A stretch of 64,000 nt of DNA, from positions 100,440,001 through 100,504,000 of the forward strand of contig NC_043000.1 in the NCBI RefSeq assembly GCF_006345805.1. The letters run 5' to 3'. The translations under genes and the position numbers were made by a program. Origin of the DNA: Octopus sinensis (lineage: Eukaryota). Below the pieces are notes generated by a model. That model made no database searches, was not told the origin of the DNA, and worked only from the letters and a program-made list of their open reading frames with translations. Each line of letters begins with the position of its first letter. Within the stretch, counting starts at the first letter, position 1. Below are positions 26,667-42,015 of this stretch, piece by piece.

Positions 26667-27599
26667 TAATGTACATAATTCCTCATCTCTTAAATATAGA
26701 ACTGTGTTTTTTTTTTAAAGACAGGTATGATACGAGAAATATTCTGCTATTATTTCTAACAGTTTGAATGACTATATAGAGGCTTCCTCGTTAGCTCGTA
26801 TATATTTTGTAAACGTTAACATGCACAGGTTCAGAAATTCTGCAACAGCTGAGACATCCTGAAAAGACAGTAGTTTATTGCCAAATTATCTATGAATTTA
26901 CATTGCAACATTATAGCAACAAATGCTTGCAGCTTACGAGCTGCGATCTATAAACAAAAGGAAAATCACGTGGTGTGAGACAACTGGTGACGTAGCACAA
27001 TGGTCAACTTTTTATTTTATCTTGAATTGTCGGATTGTTTTTGGGCAGTTTTACAAAATTTTGAAATTGTAAATTTCTGAATAAAACTGTTTGTAACTTT
27101 GATCTTCATGAAAATTGTGAGTTTTCTAATCTTGCAAATAATTACTAAATAAACCATATTTTTTAATTAATTGCTCGTTCTGAAAGATGGGGCAGTGTCC
27201 ACAATCTCTACACAACTTCGTCGGCTAGCGAGAATGCTGCTATTATATACTTCTCGAACTATTCTAAGCCAACACTTGCGGGAAAGATATAAGCAAAGTG
27301 GGAATTCAAGGGGCGTCTTGGAGATAAAGGCATAATGATTAGTGTGAAACCTAGGGAGTTAACCACGATAAGGGTGATAAACGGAGGAGGAAAGAATGGG
27401 ATGGGAATACCATAAACCCACTCATCTCCAAGAAGTGAAGACCATAATGGTAGAAGAGGCAGAGTGATAAATTTGAAGAAATTCTTGAATACTTTGTATT
27501 AAAAGTGTGACTTTTTTAACCTCAGGTCAAGCATGATCAAAGACATTCAATTCATAGACATAAGCGCAGGCATGGACATGTGGTAAGAAGTTTGCTCTG

Positions 27600-28700
27600 A
27601 AGAGGCTCGCAATTTTGCAAGTCAGCCCTTAGAAGGCGAAGAAATACTGTTTCTTCCCACGTATTGTGGGAGGAAGTTGACAAGGGCTTGGGTCTGCGGT
27701 TTGCCACTCGGAATAGAACCCGAGTGGATAGAAGAAACTATCCGCCGGGGTCTGGGTGGCAGCGGAGCCAAGTTCCTCAAAGTCAAGATTTTACCGGTGG
27801 TTGATTGGGTGGGGTCTAAAGCGGTTTTGACCCTGTGGACCCAATCAACCAAGAATCTGGTTTTTCCAAACTTTTTGAAAATGGTCGGTTCTCGCTATCC
27901 AGTGATTCTTGAGAGACGCCCCCACTCAAGTGTCACCTGTACCTGGAACCAGGCCCTATTAAAAAGAACTGCCCCAAGGATCAAGGTACGGTCCTGGAAC
28001 AACTAGTGATGGAAGAACCCCCAATTCTTCATTCGGAGGGAGAGACGGAGGTAGTAAAGACCCCCCCCCCAAAAAAAAAGAGGAAAAAAGGAAAGTGAGC
28101 AACAATGGTTGCCCACCGAAAGGCCCCGAGGCTGCGGGAGCCAGGGAAGATCCTCCGGTTAAAGCAGAGGAACCACACCCTCCTGTAGCAAAGGAGAGAA
28201 AAACAAGAAAAAAGGGACAGTGCCGGCGGTTAATACACTGCCGACATGTTCTGAAGCCCCTTCGGTGGTCATTGTGCCACCAACAGAGGAAGGTGTAGCC
28301 CCGACCCAATGGAGAAACAATATTTAGTGTTCTCCGGAAAGTGAGAGGCGATGCGAAAGCTTTTTAAAAAGCTTGCCAGGGGAGGAGACATAACCTTAAA
28401 TGGACTCCTTCACTGCGGATGTATTCCGCTTCCGATCGAGGTACCCTGATCTGGCACTATCGGAGTGCCTGAGTGACACTTCGTGACGAGTCGGGTGCCG
28501 GTAGGGCGGTAAGTTGTAAAAGTAAGAATATGAGTAATTCACATTGTAAGGGCATATGACCCATAAGAAGAAAATTGTAAGAGGCCAAGTACCTCATTTC
28601 AAGTGGAGTAAGATGCTTAGTGCCTCATTGTAAGGACCTTCAGTCCAAAAGAAATATTGGTAAGAGGTTTATTGCCTCAAATTGTAAGTTCACAACAGAA
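27600..28700 (+). mobile_element. Decayed L1/Tx1-like non-LTR element: ORF1 remnant with degenerate zinc knuckle and 3' end
   Basis: ORF 27677-28006 (TRAWVCGLPLGIEPEWIEE.., RRM-like); shifted-frame KCHLYLEPGPIKKNCP fits a decayed CX2CX4HX4C; repeated ATTGTAAG words at 28500-28700. ORF2 is essentially absent. Confidence 0.5.
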
Positions 28701-28996
28701 CAACGTTTCAGAGAAGCAAAGATCGGCGGGCGTCTTTTGTCTTCTCTCATTAATACCAAACTGTTCATCATTCATCTCATCTCATTAATGTGCGTGCACA
28801 TCTGTCTCCTTGTGTCTGCATGTTTGCGTGTGTCTATGTATGTGTTTGTGTGATTTTGTGTGTTTGTCTGTTATGTATGGATGTGTGTCTCCATATGTAT
28901 CCTTGAGTGAAGTGTGCCTACGTGTATATTGTCATGTGTTTCAGTCTTCACTTATATGTATATATGTATGTATGCAAGCATGTATGTATGTGTGTA

Positions 28997-29035
<39 letters not shown>

Positions 29036-29331
29036 TGTGTGTGTGTGCCCATCTTTCCCTATTACCTATGTATCTATAATATGACACTAAAATAGAATGA
29101 CCCACCCTAGACAATAAAATACGCTTCAACACACGAATTCACATAAAAAATCTTGCAAACCAAATACAAAAACGTCTACAGCTCTGTTGTGATCACACAA
29201 AGTCGCGAAAGGGGCAATATCATCCAGATTAAGAAACACCGACATAGAGACACCATTACAAGGCAAAAAGGGGAATTACTGTTGTACTTACAGCTACATT
29301 ATCATGGCCTATATTTTCAAGACAATGGGAT

Positions 29332-29650
29332 GGAAGCACTCCGTCGATTACGACGACGAGGGTTCCGGTTGATCCGATCAACGGAACAGCCTGCTCGTGA
29401 AATTAACGTGTAAGTGGCTGAGCACTCCACAGACACGTGTACCCTTAACGTAGTTCTCGGGGATATTCAGCGTGACACATAGAGTGACAAGGCCGGCCCT
29501 TTGAAATACAGGTACAACAGAAACAGGAAGTAAGAGTGAGAGAAAGTTGTGGTGAAAGAGTACAGCAGGGATCACCACCATCCCTGCCGTAGCCTCGTGG
29601 AGCTTTAGGTGTTTTCGCTCAATAAACACTCACAACGCCCGGTCTGGGAA
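29332..29650 (-). mobile_element. SINE family C body and 3' part
   Basis: Minus strand begins TTCCCAGACCGGGCGTTGTGAGTGTTTATTGAGCGAAAACAC, similar to the 17161 copy after its B-box; the CTCAGCCACTTACACGTTAATT block recurs at about 30263-30284. Confidence 0.65.
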
Positions 29651-29670
29651 ATTTAAGACAATATGGTTTA

Positions 29671-31645
<1,975 letters not shown>

Positions 31646-31968
31646 GTTTGGCTCATATGAATGGTCAATTATTTTAACTCACCCTAAAAGTTTTGCGATC
31701 GTCGTAAACGATATAACTGATGTTTCTCCTCCGCTCTAACGTTAACAGGGACAGTTACCCTTGGATCGATACCTCTGGTCACTGAAGATCAAGCAATTAA
31801 CTCTCTTATTCAACGTAATTATTGTTTGATTTAGGCTTTATTGTTTGCTTCAGACTAAAAGTCTCTGGCGGATTCACTAAGTGTTTTTCAACTATATTTT
31901 CCTATTATTCCTTTAATCTATCTGATATCTGCCTAGCACAAAAGATCCAATTATTTACTACACACAGG

Positions 31969-32002
<34 letters not shown>

Positions 32003-32026
32003 CACACACACACACACACACGCGCG

Positions 32027-32063
<37 letters not shown>

Positions 32064-32138
32064 TCATACGTACATACATACACATATATATATGTATAAC
32101 CATATATACATATATATAAGTATATTTATAAATAAGTA

Positions 32139-32183
<45 letters not shown>

Positions 32184-32272
32184 CATATGCATATATATAT
32201 ATATCTACATATATATATTTATAATCTATATATGCGCGTGTGAATGTATATTTAAATGTATAGATGTATGTA

Positions 32273-32335
<63 letters not shown>

Positions 32336-32732
32336 ATACAAACATATATATATATATACATATACATAATACATGCATATACACATATGTGTGTGAGTGT
32401 GTGTCGCCAGAGACTGCTTACCTAAACATGTTAACCTAACAATAAAACTGTAAACGGTTTGGAGAAATAAATTATACTTTACTTCACCTTTAGAAATCAG
32501 ATTTATAGATTAAACGGAGTAGCGATAATTTAAATAACAAACAGACGTGTATATACGCTCGCAAAAACACATAGATACTCACACCCATTCCCGTACAAGC
32601 ACACATATTTGTATCTATATGCTGTGTATAAAGACATGTATACATACACACACACATATATATACATATACATATATATGTATGTATATATGTGTATATG
32701 TATACACATACACATATATGTATACACATATC

Positions 32733-33055
32733 TCTCTCAAAGACTTCTCCATCGGAACAGAGACCTGGGAGACACTTGCTGCCAACCGCTCATCCTGGCG
32801 CAGCGTAATCACCGTGGGAGCAGGGACAGCCGAGGAGGGACGGATTCGGTCAGCGGAGCAGAAACGTCAGATGCGTAAAGCCAGAGCCACCTGCACCAGT
32901 AGCACGGCCCCTACCCACTTCTGCCCCACCTGTGGGAGGGGCTTCCTTGCCCGGATTGGCCTCACCAGCCACCTCAGGTCTCATGGCGGCAGTTCCATCA
33001 GATGATGTCAGTTGGTCATCTTCGAACCGAAGGACGAACATTATTATTATTATTA
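32733..33055 (+). mobile_element. 5'-truncated RTE-clade (BovB-like) LINE 3' end
   Basis: Uninterrupted frame SLKDFSIGTETWETLAANRSSWRS..CPTCGRGFLARIGLTSHLRSH (stop at 33005), short 3' UTR and (ATT)n tail; visibly GC-rich against the background. Confidence 0.85.
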
Positions 33056-33666
33056 TATGTATACAAACACACATATATACATATATTGATGTTTCACTTA
33101 GCGATAGCCATGGTTATTAACCTGGTTTTAGAACACAATAGACATATGCTTCAGAATAAAAAAGTTAGTTGAGTACATAACGTAAATATGAAGCAAAATC
33201 AATTCCAAAGGAACAGGGAATTACGCAATGGACACCATTTGACTTACATCTGTTTCTGCTATAGGAATGCAGTGCGCTCAGAGCTGAGTATTTGGGACTC
33301 CCTAATAGGCTCCTCGGAACTCCGAGAAAGCTATAAGGGGATGCAAGCTGTGCGTGCACTGCATCACTATAGCAGAAACAGCCGTAAGCTAATAATGTTC
33401 ATTGCATAATTTCCTGTTCTTTTGTTATTCATTTACTTTAATACACACGTGCACACACACGCATACACGCACATACACAAAGACACAGATATATATATAT
33501 GCATACATATACATACATACATACATACATACACACACACACACCACACACACACGCACATATATATATATATATATATATACACAACACACATATGTAT
33601 ATTCTTGACTTGTAGGCACACGGTATTTCGTTATGCAACCATAACATGCTGCCAAGTATCTTAAAC

Positions 33667-33994
33667 TTTTTTTTTTATAACCTGTTCTACCGTGTTAGCA
33701 GTGAACTTTAATGACGTAATAAGGTCATCTCTACAGATTCTCAACTGAAATTATAGCCAGCAATGATTTTATTAGGATGTTTCGTATCCGAGGCTTCAGG
33801 TGTATACAAACAATGAGACCGTAGATGAAAAAAACGAATGTATATGCCATATTTCGGGAGTTTTTGCTCCATCATCAGCTCTCATCTAACCCATTTATTA
33901 TCCACGATGAGAATCTATAGAGATGACCTTAGCACGCGATTTAAGTGCACTGCTAACACAGTAATACACGGTAGGGACTTATGTAAAAAAAAAA
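33667..33994. mobile_element. MITE-like element with about 80-bp imperfect TIRs
   Basis: 33667-33742 vs reverse complement of 33908-33994: CTACCGTGT..TAGCAGTG(A/C)ACTT..TAAGGTCATCTCTA(C/T)AGATTCTCA; poly-T and poly-A at the ends. Confidence 0.75.
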
Positions 33995-34315
33995 GAGACC
34001 CGTTTAATGTACGTTGTAGCATATCATGTTTGCATAACGAAATACCGTGTATCACAAGTCATTAGTATTTACGTACCAGCTTCCAGGAATGTGTTTAATA
34101 TGCAAATTGGTAAATCCAGTAACGCTATGTGTAGTGGCTATTTAAGAAATGAATTCGTGGATGATTAATGGGTTAGATGGGTGCTGATGAAAGAACAAAA
34201 CCCCGCGAAAACAGCATATACTTCCATTACCCAGTTTTTCATCTTCGATTCCATTGTTTGTTTATATCTGACGTCTCGGATATGAAACGGTGTAACAAAA
34301 TCTGTGCTGAATATG

Positions 34316-34561
34316 CAGTAATACCTCGACTATCGCGGGTGTTACGTTCCAAAACCCATCGCGATAGGTGAAACTCCGCGAAGTAGAAACAGTACTGTAC
34401 ATATTTCTTTATTATTTATATAATTTGTATATAACTATTTTATTATAAATGCAAAACAACACCACGGAGGAGTCGACGTAAGCTTAAATAATAAACCGCG
34501 GTGGGTGAACCGCGATACGTGAACTGTGATACGTGAACCGCGATATAGTGATGGATTACTG
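34316..34561. mobile_element. Tigger/pogo-like MITE
   Basis: Left CAGTAATACCTCGACTATCGCGG vs right-end reverse complement CAGTAATCCATCACTATATCGCGG; TA follows the right end. A similar single end lies at about 52700-52743. Confidence 0.65.
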
Positions 34562-35888
34562 TAATTCCTATGAGTAGCTTGGCATCGAGCGAGCAAACTG
34601 ACGACGAAAGAAGAGCATTGGAGTTTGTCTCTTTCGTTCCGAGTGAGTGGCACCCATGCACCTAGTTTTGAACCTTACCCATGGGGGGAAGGTAACGGTG
34701 ACGGTATCATGAGAGCATCCTTGAGACATTTCTCTACTTGTTGAAATTGAAAGTTTGAAATATAGGTGACAGGTACTTTTTTTTCAAGAAATTTTTTTCT
34801 TAGTTTTGACCCGATTGTAATTGAGGTTGCTAATAAAATATCAGGATAATTTTTTTAAAGTTTAACAATCAAAATTATTTGTTCTATTGGATTCTGAGTC
34901 AATTTTTTGCTACATTAATGTCTAATTTGATAATTTTTCAATTTTTGAAAAGTGATGTCTAAATTGGGGTAAAATGAGTAATGACTAATTTCAATAATTT
35001 TTTCTGTTTAATTGTATGGTGTGTAAGTCTATCAGGAAAAAAAAAGTCACTCCATCAGATCGTGAATTAACTATAGAGAATATTTTATGCTGAATTTTTA
35101 GATTTAGTTGAGTTTTGTTTTTTTCATATCACGTGCCATTTTGCCATGTTCTTCTTTGATTTGAACTAGATATTTTAGATTTTTGTGGCATTTCTGATCT
35201 TTCTGATGTCTAAAGACAGACATTGATGTGTATGAGTCTTTTTTTCGAATGTAATTCTAGAGAAAGGAAGAGACAAATTTACCTTTCTTTGTCTAACTTA
35301 GTTTGCCCCGCCTGAATTTGTCTTTTGCATGCTCAAAGAGATTGGAGATAATTTTCTGAAAGGCGTTTCGAATAATATGTAATAGTGCTTTAATGTATGT
35401 TGCTTAACTGATATAGTTTTTGTGAAGTAGGTAGTATTTATCAAACAATATAATTCTTCCCAAAGTGAAAAATGCAGTAAATATTACTAATTGTACTCCT
35501 ACAATTCTCTCAGCAATAACTCCGTTTCTGTACACTGTAGAAATGTCTCAAGTGGTTTCGGCAGCTTTGGAACCTTGTTTGAAATCAAAGAGAAGTAGAT
35601 GTCAAAATGTCAAATGCAGAGGAAGAATAAAGATAAAACATAAAACGCTGTGTTAAAATACATTTCGTGTTAATACAAACTGCATTTGAAAAGAAAGGAA
35701 AGAATTTATCTGAAAATTTTTGTTGCTTCGGTTAGTGACCGCGGTAGACTGCTAGACAATAGCTTTGTTTAGATTCATTTCTAAATATATATGTATATTC
35801 TTAGCAGCAGTTGGGTTGAAGTCATGCCTAGAAAAAGATCAGATACACACACACACGCACACACACACAAGCACACATACATATACAT

Positions 35889-36080
35889 ACACGTATGCTG
35901 AAAAGATCCTGGCTTTGGGTAAAAGGAAATATAAGAGGATCAGTTAATTATGATTTTATTCAACATATTCCCCTCCTAGATTTGGTTTTTCTAAGCCCTG
36001 TAAAAGAACACGGAAGGTTAGACCTCCAACCAGGCCTTTCACGACACCTTTAAAGCCAGGAACTTTTCAGCACTCCTCCG
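35889..36080. mobile_element. Mariner-type MITE
   Basis: TGCTGAAAAGATCCTGGCTTT (35896-35916) vs reverse complement of 36052-36072 TGCTGAAAAGTTCCTGGCTTT (20/21). Confidence 0.7.
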
Positions 36081-36091
36081 TGTGTGTATAT

Positions 36092-36180
<89 letters not shown>

Positions 36181-39016
36181 ATACACACACATATTATTCC
36201 TGTTTCATTTCAGTTTAGTTTGAAACAAGAGCATTCCTATATCTAATATTCCATTAACGTTTCAAGGCATTTCTGGTTTCAGCTTCAGAATGAAATTAAA
36301 CCAAATAAAATCGCGTTGATGTTACCTAATATTTTGGTAAATTTGATAGTTTATTTTACGTGTATAATCGCTATAATTATATAGTAAAGCTTATATAATT
36401 ATTCTTCTCATTTATTTATTATATAAACTTTAGATTAGCTCAAATATATTTGTGACATATTTTAATTTCTGAGGGCAATTTCATTGCCGTTTACCATGGT
36501 AAAACATCCTCACCTATAGTAAAATGTGTACATACACCATTATCAGCTTAATGACACGCAATCTCTACGGATATCTTGATGCCTATATGGTTTGTTTTGC
36601 CGTTTCAGTTGAGTATACCAAACAGAGGTAGCTGTGAGCTGATAGAAAGTCGTATCTTTATAATAATCAATGTTAGTGAGTGATTTGCATTCGTAAACTG
36701 CCTCGTCTGAACAAATACGTAAGTATTAGCGCGAAGCAGTGTTGGTAAGTAAAAAAAAAATCTTTAGGTTAGTTCAAATATGCTTGTGACGTAGTTTAAC
36801 TTCTCTGATGTACATTATATTATTTACTTCTCTGTGGATTCGTGTCGACACGAAGGCTTTTCATTCTGGTGGTTTTGTAATATATTCAAACTATACATGT
36901 AGTAAACTACAAAAACCAAATGTATTCTGGTTATTGAATATACCACTATGATATTAAAAACAAACTCAGGTACATGGAAATATATCACACCTAACCAGAT
37001 GCTCATAAAATATTTTGACAATGTTGAATAAAGGATTTATTCTTGAAGTACATATTTCCTCCATATTACGTAAGCATTTCATCTACACACAAAAATGAAT
37101 GACTTTCGGCGTTGTTGTTTCTGTTTTCCCTAACACTAAATAAGCACTGACTGAACAAATATATAAGACATTCCATCCGTGACCATCTCATACGTTAACC
37201 AATATGCACTTCTTTTTTAAGTACGATAAGGCATAATATAGCAAATTGGATTGGTAAATTCTAATAGATCAGGTGATCCTTAGAGTCCACCTCGTTCGTT
37301 CGCTGTTGAGCTCCATTTCAATCGTAATCGAACAGATATATGTCCGAGTGCATTCCAGCCATGGCCGTCCTATCTTATTTACAATTACGTTACCCAATGC
37401 ATTTTTCCATTTTAAGGCAGTAAGGTTGTTGAGGGAAATTGCTAGGCGTTTGAGCGATCTCATTCAAGCTTGCTTATTTTTGCTTATTTACTCATTATTG
37501 CGTTTTTAACATCCAATCACTTTCAACGAGAAGATCTGTGATCAAGGATGTTCCACTTGTGTCCATTATATAGTATCGAAGATTACATTAGCTAATGCTA
37601 TACTGTACTTCAAAATATATCTATAAATTCTTTGACCAACACTTTATGTATAGATAGCATTGGTATATAATATCATGTATATATATTCTTTGAACAGAAT
37701 ACTTATTTTATTTAAATGTATAAAGGTCTGATATGAGCTATTAACACGATTATAATTTTTTCTGTTAATCGAACAAGCCAATCGATATGCAATGATGACT
37801 TTCAGCACTAAAATGAGGTTAATGACCCGAAAAACTTATAGCCATCTTTTTCTTTGTTAACCCTCAAAGGGTTAACAAAGAAAAAACACGCCTGATATTA
37901 CTGGTTCTTTGATACAACACCACCGGCTTATTAAGTGATTGTATCTAAATCTAAACTTTTTATAATTTTATTTATTTGAGTTTAGTTTCCGTTTAAATTA
38001 AGAAAACCGTGGCAAACTTAAAAAAAAAAATATCGCATACCCTAGTAATAAAATTTAATATAATAGGAACAAAAATCTAAATGTTTTCGTTCTTCTGTTA
38101 AGTCTTTTGGTCGCTAGTACGAATTGAAAAATCTTACTAATGATTGGTAGATTATAGAAAATGAATTGAATCTTTAACAGGCTATCTTTTGAAAACTAAT
38201 TTAAAAATTTTATTTCTTTCAGACCAATGTTTTTTTTTTTTGTTTTTCACTGAAAACACCATAAAGTTTCTGACACCATAAAATGTCTGATAGTCTCCAG
38301 AAGAACACGAAGGCCGTAACAAACTATCTGTTTGTGGTGGGAGATAATGTAGAGCAAGTTCATAGCCAGCAAAATTTGTTTAAGTGTAAGGCTGAGAAGT
38401 GGCAGAGTTGATAGAGCGCAGAATGAAACTTTTACGAGCCATTTGTTTCTACTTGCTGAACTCTGAATTAAAAAACCACCTAGGTTGACTGTTGTCTTTC
38501 ATCCTTTCAGGGTCGATAGGCTAAAGTAATAATCCAAGCCGGTGAACAGGTAGAATTCCTAAAGCCCATTATAACAGTGTTAGAAAAGGTATGGAGATAA
38601 ACATTAAAGAAACAAATGACCAAAAGCATTCAAGTAGTGAATAGCCCGTATCTTTCTTAAACTTTTATCTAGAACAATGTCAAACAATATATGTTTTCTA
38701 GTTTAAAGCAGATAGTGGATAATTTAAGAGAAAACTAGCTGTTGATTGTGTTTTGTGGTAATGTTCTGGCTCTATGGCGATAAAACTAAACCGTCGTTTC
38801 GTTTAAGAACATAATTAGTTCTGTCACAAGCATGAGGTCCAAATGGAGAGTAACTTCCTCCATTCTTTCCACCAGAATCGAAGCTTGTGAAGAAGCAGAG
38901 ATTAATAGGTGCCCCTGTAAAGTAGTAAAAAAATCATGTAAAAGCAAAAACAAACAAACAAAAACCATCTTAATGGAAAAAAAAGTTATTTTACTAAATT
39001 CTTCCAAACTCTTGAT

Positions 39017-39132
39017 TACTCTTTTTTCTCTTATCAGTCACTGGACTTGGACCGTGGCTATGCTGGGACACCACTTTGAAGGTTTAATTAATTAAATCGA
39101 CCCTCTTTCTTCTTCTTCTCTTCTTCTTCTTC

Positions 39133-39194
<62 letters not shown>

Positions 39195-39707
39195 GAGTGA
39201 GAGAGCAGTTCATGCCATCAAAGTGACACTGGGGTAAAATATACGAAGCCCAATATACCCATCATGACTACCCGTCTGATAAGGGCACACCAGGCACATG
39301 CATCACAACCAAATGTGCGCGACATAGTGATCTCATATCAAGATAAACAGCACATGACCTTGCAGGTGGGGCCCAGTTAGAATTTTCTTCAGGTTGAGTA
39401 GCCCATCCCGCTCAAACGGTCCCTGAATAAGGGTTGTTTAAGGATGTTGAAAAAACCACCCATGTTTCCTGAGGTGAATTATTCAAACCACAACGAATCT
39501 CTCTCAACACATGGCTATGATGCTCCCCCACTACTTCTGCTCGTGATCAGAGATGCACATATCGTCAGCCACTAAGGGACATGCTCAACTGGTTAAGGTC
39601 AAACAACTGACAAGCAAATCTGTGGTATTGAGCAGAATATTTGCTGTAGCCCATCTTTTATACCAAGACAAAACAATGTACATGATAACACTTCCAATCA
39701 GTTAAGA

Positions 39708-39767
<60 letters not shown>

Positions 39768-40045
39768 GTTTGGTACTAATTCTGTTGACTCTTTTGCCGA
39801 ACCGCCAAGTTACGAGAACGCAAACAAGCCAACACTTGTTGCCAACAAAAGGATGGGAGTAACCAAACACAAAAATATGTACACTCAGACATACATATTA
39901 GAGGTATATGTACACACACATCAACGACAGTATTTCACACAGTTTCTGAGTTCTCGATCCACCCACAAGGCATTGGGTGAGCCTGAGACTATGGCCTAAA
40001 ACACTTGCCCATGGTGCTGTGCAGTGGGACTGAACCCGAAACCAT
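39017..40045 (-). mobile_element. SINE family A split by a microsatellite expansion and a nested element
   Basis: Family-A sequence stops at ATCGACCC (39103) and resumes collinearly at 39767 (TGGTACTAATTC..GCCGAACCGC). Confidence 0.7.
39195..39710. mobile_element. Unclassified 516-bp interspersed-repeat-like insert flanked on both sides by (ATT)n
   Basis: Complex, GC-richer non-coding sequence with sharp boundaries at (ATT)n tracts 39133-39194 and 39710-39766; no TIR or ORF seen. Confidence 0.55.
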
Positions 40046-40147
40046 ATAGATATGTCTGCACCTATTAAAAATGATATTGTTACATATGGACAGTAGAATT
40101 CGTTAGCAAATATGCTAACAGTAGAGTGCGATATGAGGGCTACTATT

Positions 40148-40396
40148 ATCTTTTATCTTTAACTTGTTTCAGTCATCAGACTGCGGCCATACTGGGGCAC
40201 CGCTTTGAAGAGATTTTAGTCGAATGAATCGACCCTTGTACTTTTTTTTGTAAGCCTGGTACTTTTTCTATCGGTCGCTTTTGCCGAACCGCTAAGTAAT
40301 GGGGACGTAAACACACCAACATCTGTTGTCAACCAGTGGGGAGACAAACACAGACACGAAGACACACGCACACACATACACATACACACACACACG

Positions 40397-40432
<36 letters not shown>
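40148..40432 (-). mobile_element. SINE family A, 3' half
   Basis: CTTGTTTCAGTCA..GACTGCGGCCAT..GCCGAACCGCTAAG..GGGGACGTAAACACACC then (CA)n. Confidence 0.8.
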
Positions 40433-40437
<5 letters not shown>

Positions 40438-40518
40438 TCAGATGAATATGGTACTTAAGTTGAGGCACCAGAATTTAGTACGGTATAATCCATACAATTT
40501 CAAAGTAAGGTGATTAAA

Positions 40519-40653
40519 ATCCAGAGGTAATGCAGTACGATCGTTTCATGCAGCTCTGTTTAATTGAACAATGCAATCATTACATCAATTTAAAATGTAG
40601 AGCAATCTTCAGCTGCACAAAGACGAAACGATCGTACTACATTACCTCTGGAT
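40519..40653. mobile_element. Short foldback/MITE-like palindromic element
   Basis: ATCCAGAGGTAATG(C/T)AGTACGATCGTTTC at 40519-40547 vs reverse complement of 40625-40653 (28/29); internal sequence is also partly self-complementary. Confidence 0.75.
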
Positions 40654-40687
40654 ATTGCTTATTTTGATATATATAAATATACGTATA

Positions 40688-40732
<45 letters not shown>

Positions 40733-41869
40733 TTATTCATAGCAGTTCTGCAGAAAGTACAGAAACTGCCCCTCCGGTCTGGCTTTCAGTGTTGTTCTAT
40801 CTTACTATGGGTCTAGGTGAGAAGATACACGGAATCTATAAGGCAATAGAAACGTTTCTCTCATAAAGAATACAAGAGAGAAATAACTTAATACACTAGC
40901 TTGCTGCAGTTACAAGTATTGGACATACCAAGTGTCCAGCAATCACATCTCAATCCATACACATGAATTCTAATCAATGATAGGCGTGTTAAACCTTAGA
41001 GCCATTTTCCCAGATCTATTTTAAACGATTCATCTATTTTTCATACAAAAGTCACATGAAAATTATTACGTTTTGTTCTTTTCTTTCAAAAAATTCAAAT
41101 TATTACCATTGATTCAAAATATCATATTATTTATACATTTAATTTCCAATATTTTATATTTATTCTATAGACAGTCTGTTTCTGCAGACAGAATGAATGA
41201 TTCCAAATTTGACATGTGATTTCTTTTTGTTTTAAATATGTATTATTTTTGCATTTATTGTCGACTTTATTTATTTATTCATTTATTTACTTCTATTTTA
41301 TATTAGACTGGAAACTAAAATTGTTGGTTTTACGATTTCAACAGGCCAATCACTGCTTCACCGCGTTTCTGATAGTGATACTAACAATGGAATGCCTGCA
41401 TTTTGGTAAAGAAGGAATATTGTAAAGAACCTCATTTCTTTCTAGGAATATTTTTAATTCAAAGTAATTGAAATTCAGTAAAAATTTCAAATAAGTCAAC
41501 AAAAGAGCTAATATATTCTCTCTTGTCTTGCTAATAACAATGAAAAGCCTGTAAATCGTTTGGAAACAAATATTGCAAAGAACTTCGTTTCTTTCTGACA
41601 ATATTTTCATTTCCTTTAGTAATTTCTTATAGAAAATACAAGCGACACGTTCTTAAGGAGCCAACAAGAGAGCTACTAGGTGGTCAGTTGACCCGTTAGA
41701 AATAGCAGTATAGTCTCCTTCAAACAACGTCCAACTATTTTTCGGAAAAAGACTAATTCGATGACGTAGTCGGCTATACATTATATGCAAGACACAAAGG
41801 AGTTTGTTCATTGGTTGGAAGGTATTTATTCATAGGTGTGCTCGATTAGGGCCGACAATGGGCCAGCAG

Positions 41870-42015
41870 TAAACAACAAAAATAACAACGACGACGACAA
41901 CAACAACAACAATAACAACAACAATAGCAACAACAACGACAACCGCAACAACAAGAATAGCATCAACAACAACAGCAACAACAACAACACAACAACAATA
42001 ACAGCAACAGCAACA
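41870..42015. repeat. Imperfect (AAC)n microsatellite
   Basis: Direct reading. Confidence 0.9.

Noticed and set aside
35465-35656. Cys-containing ORF (RSRCQNVKCR..LC) as a piggyBac cysteine-rich domain
   Set aside because: Cys spacing is incomplete and no upstream DDD transposase or TTAA-flanked TIR was found.
37258-37570. Non-repetitive 78-aa ORF (37273-37509) with a hydrophobic C-terminus
   Set aside because: No recognisable family motif, weak splice signals and in-frame stops on both sides; cannot be supported without a database search.
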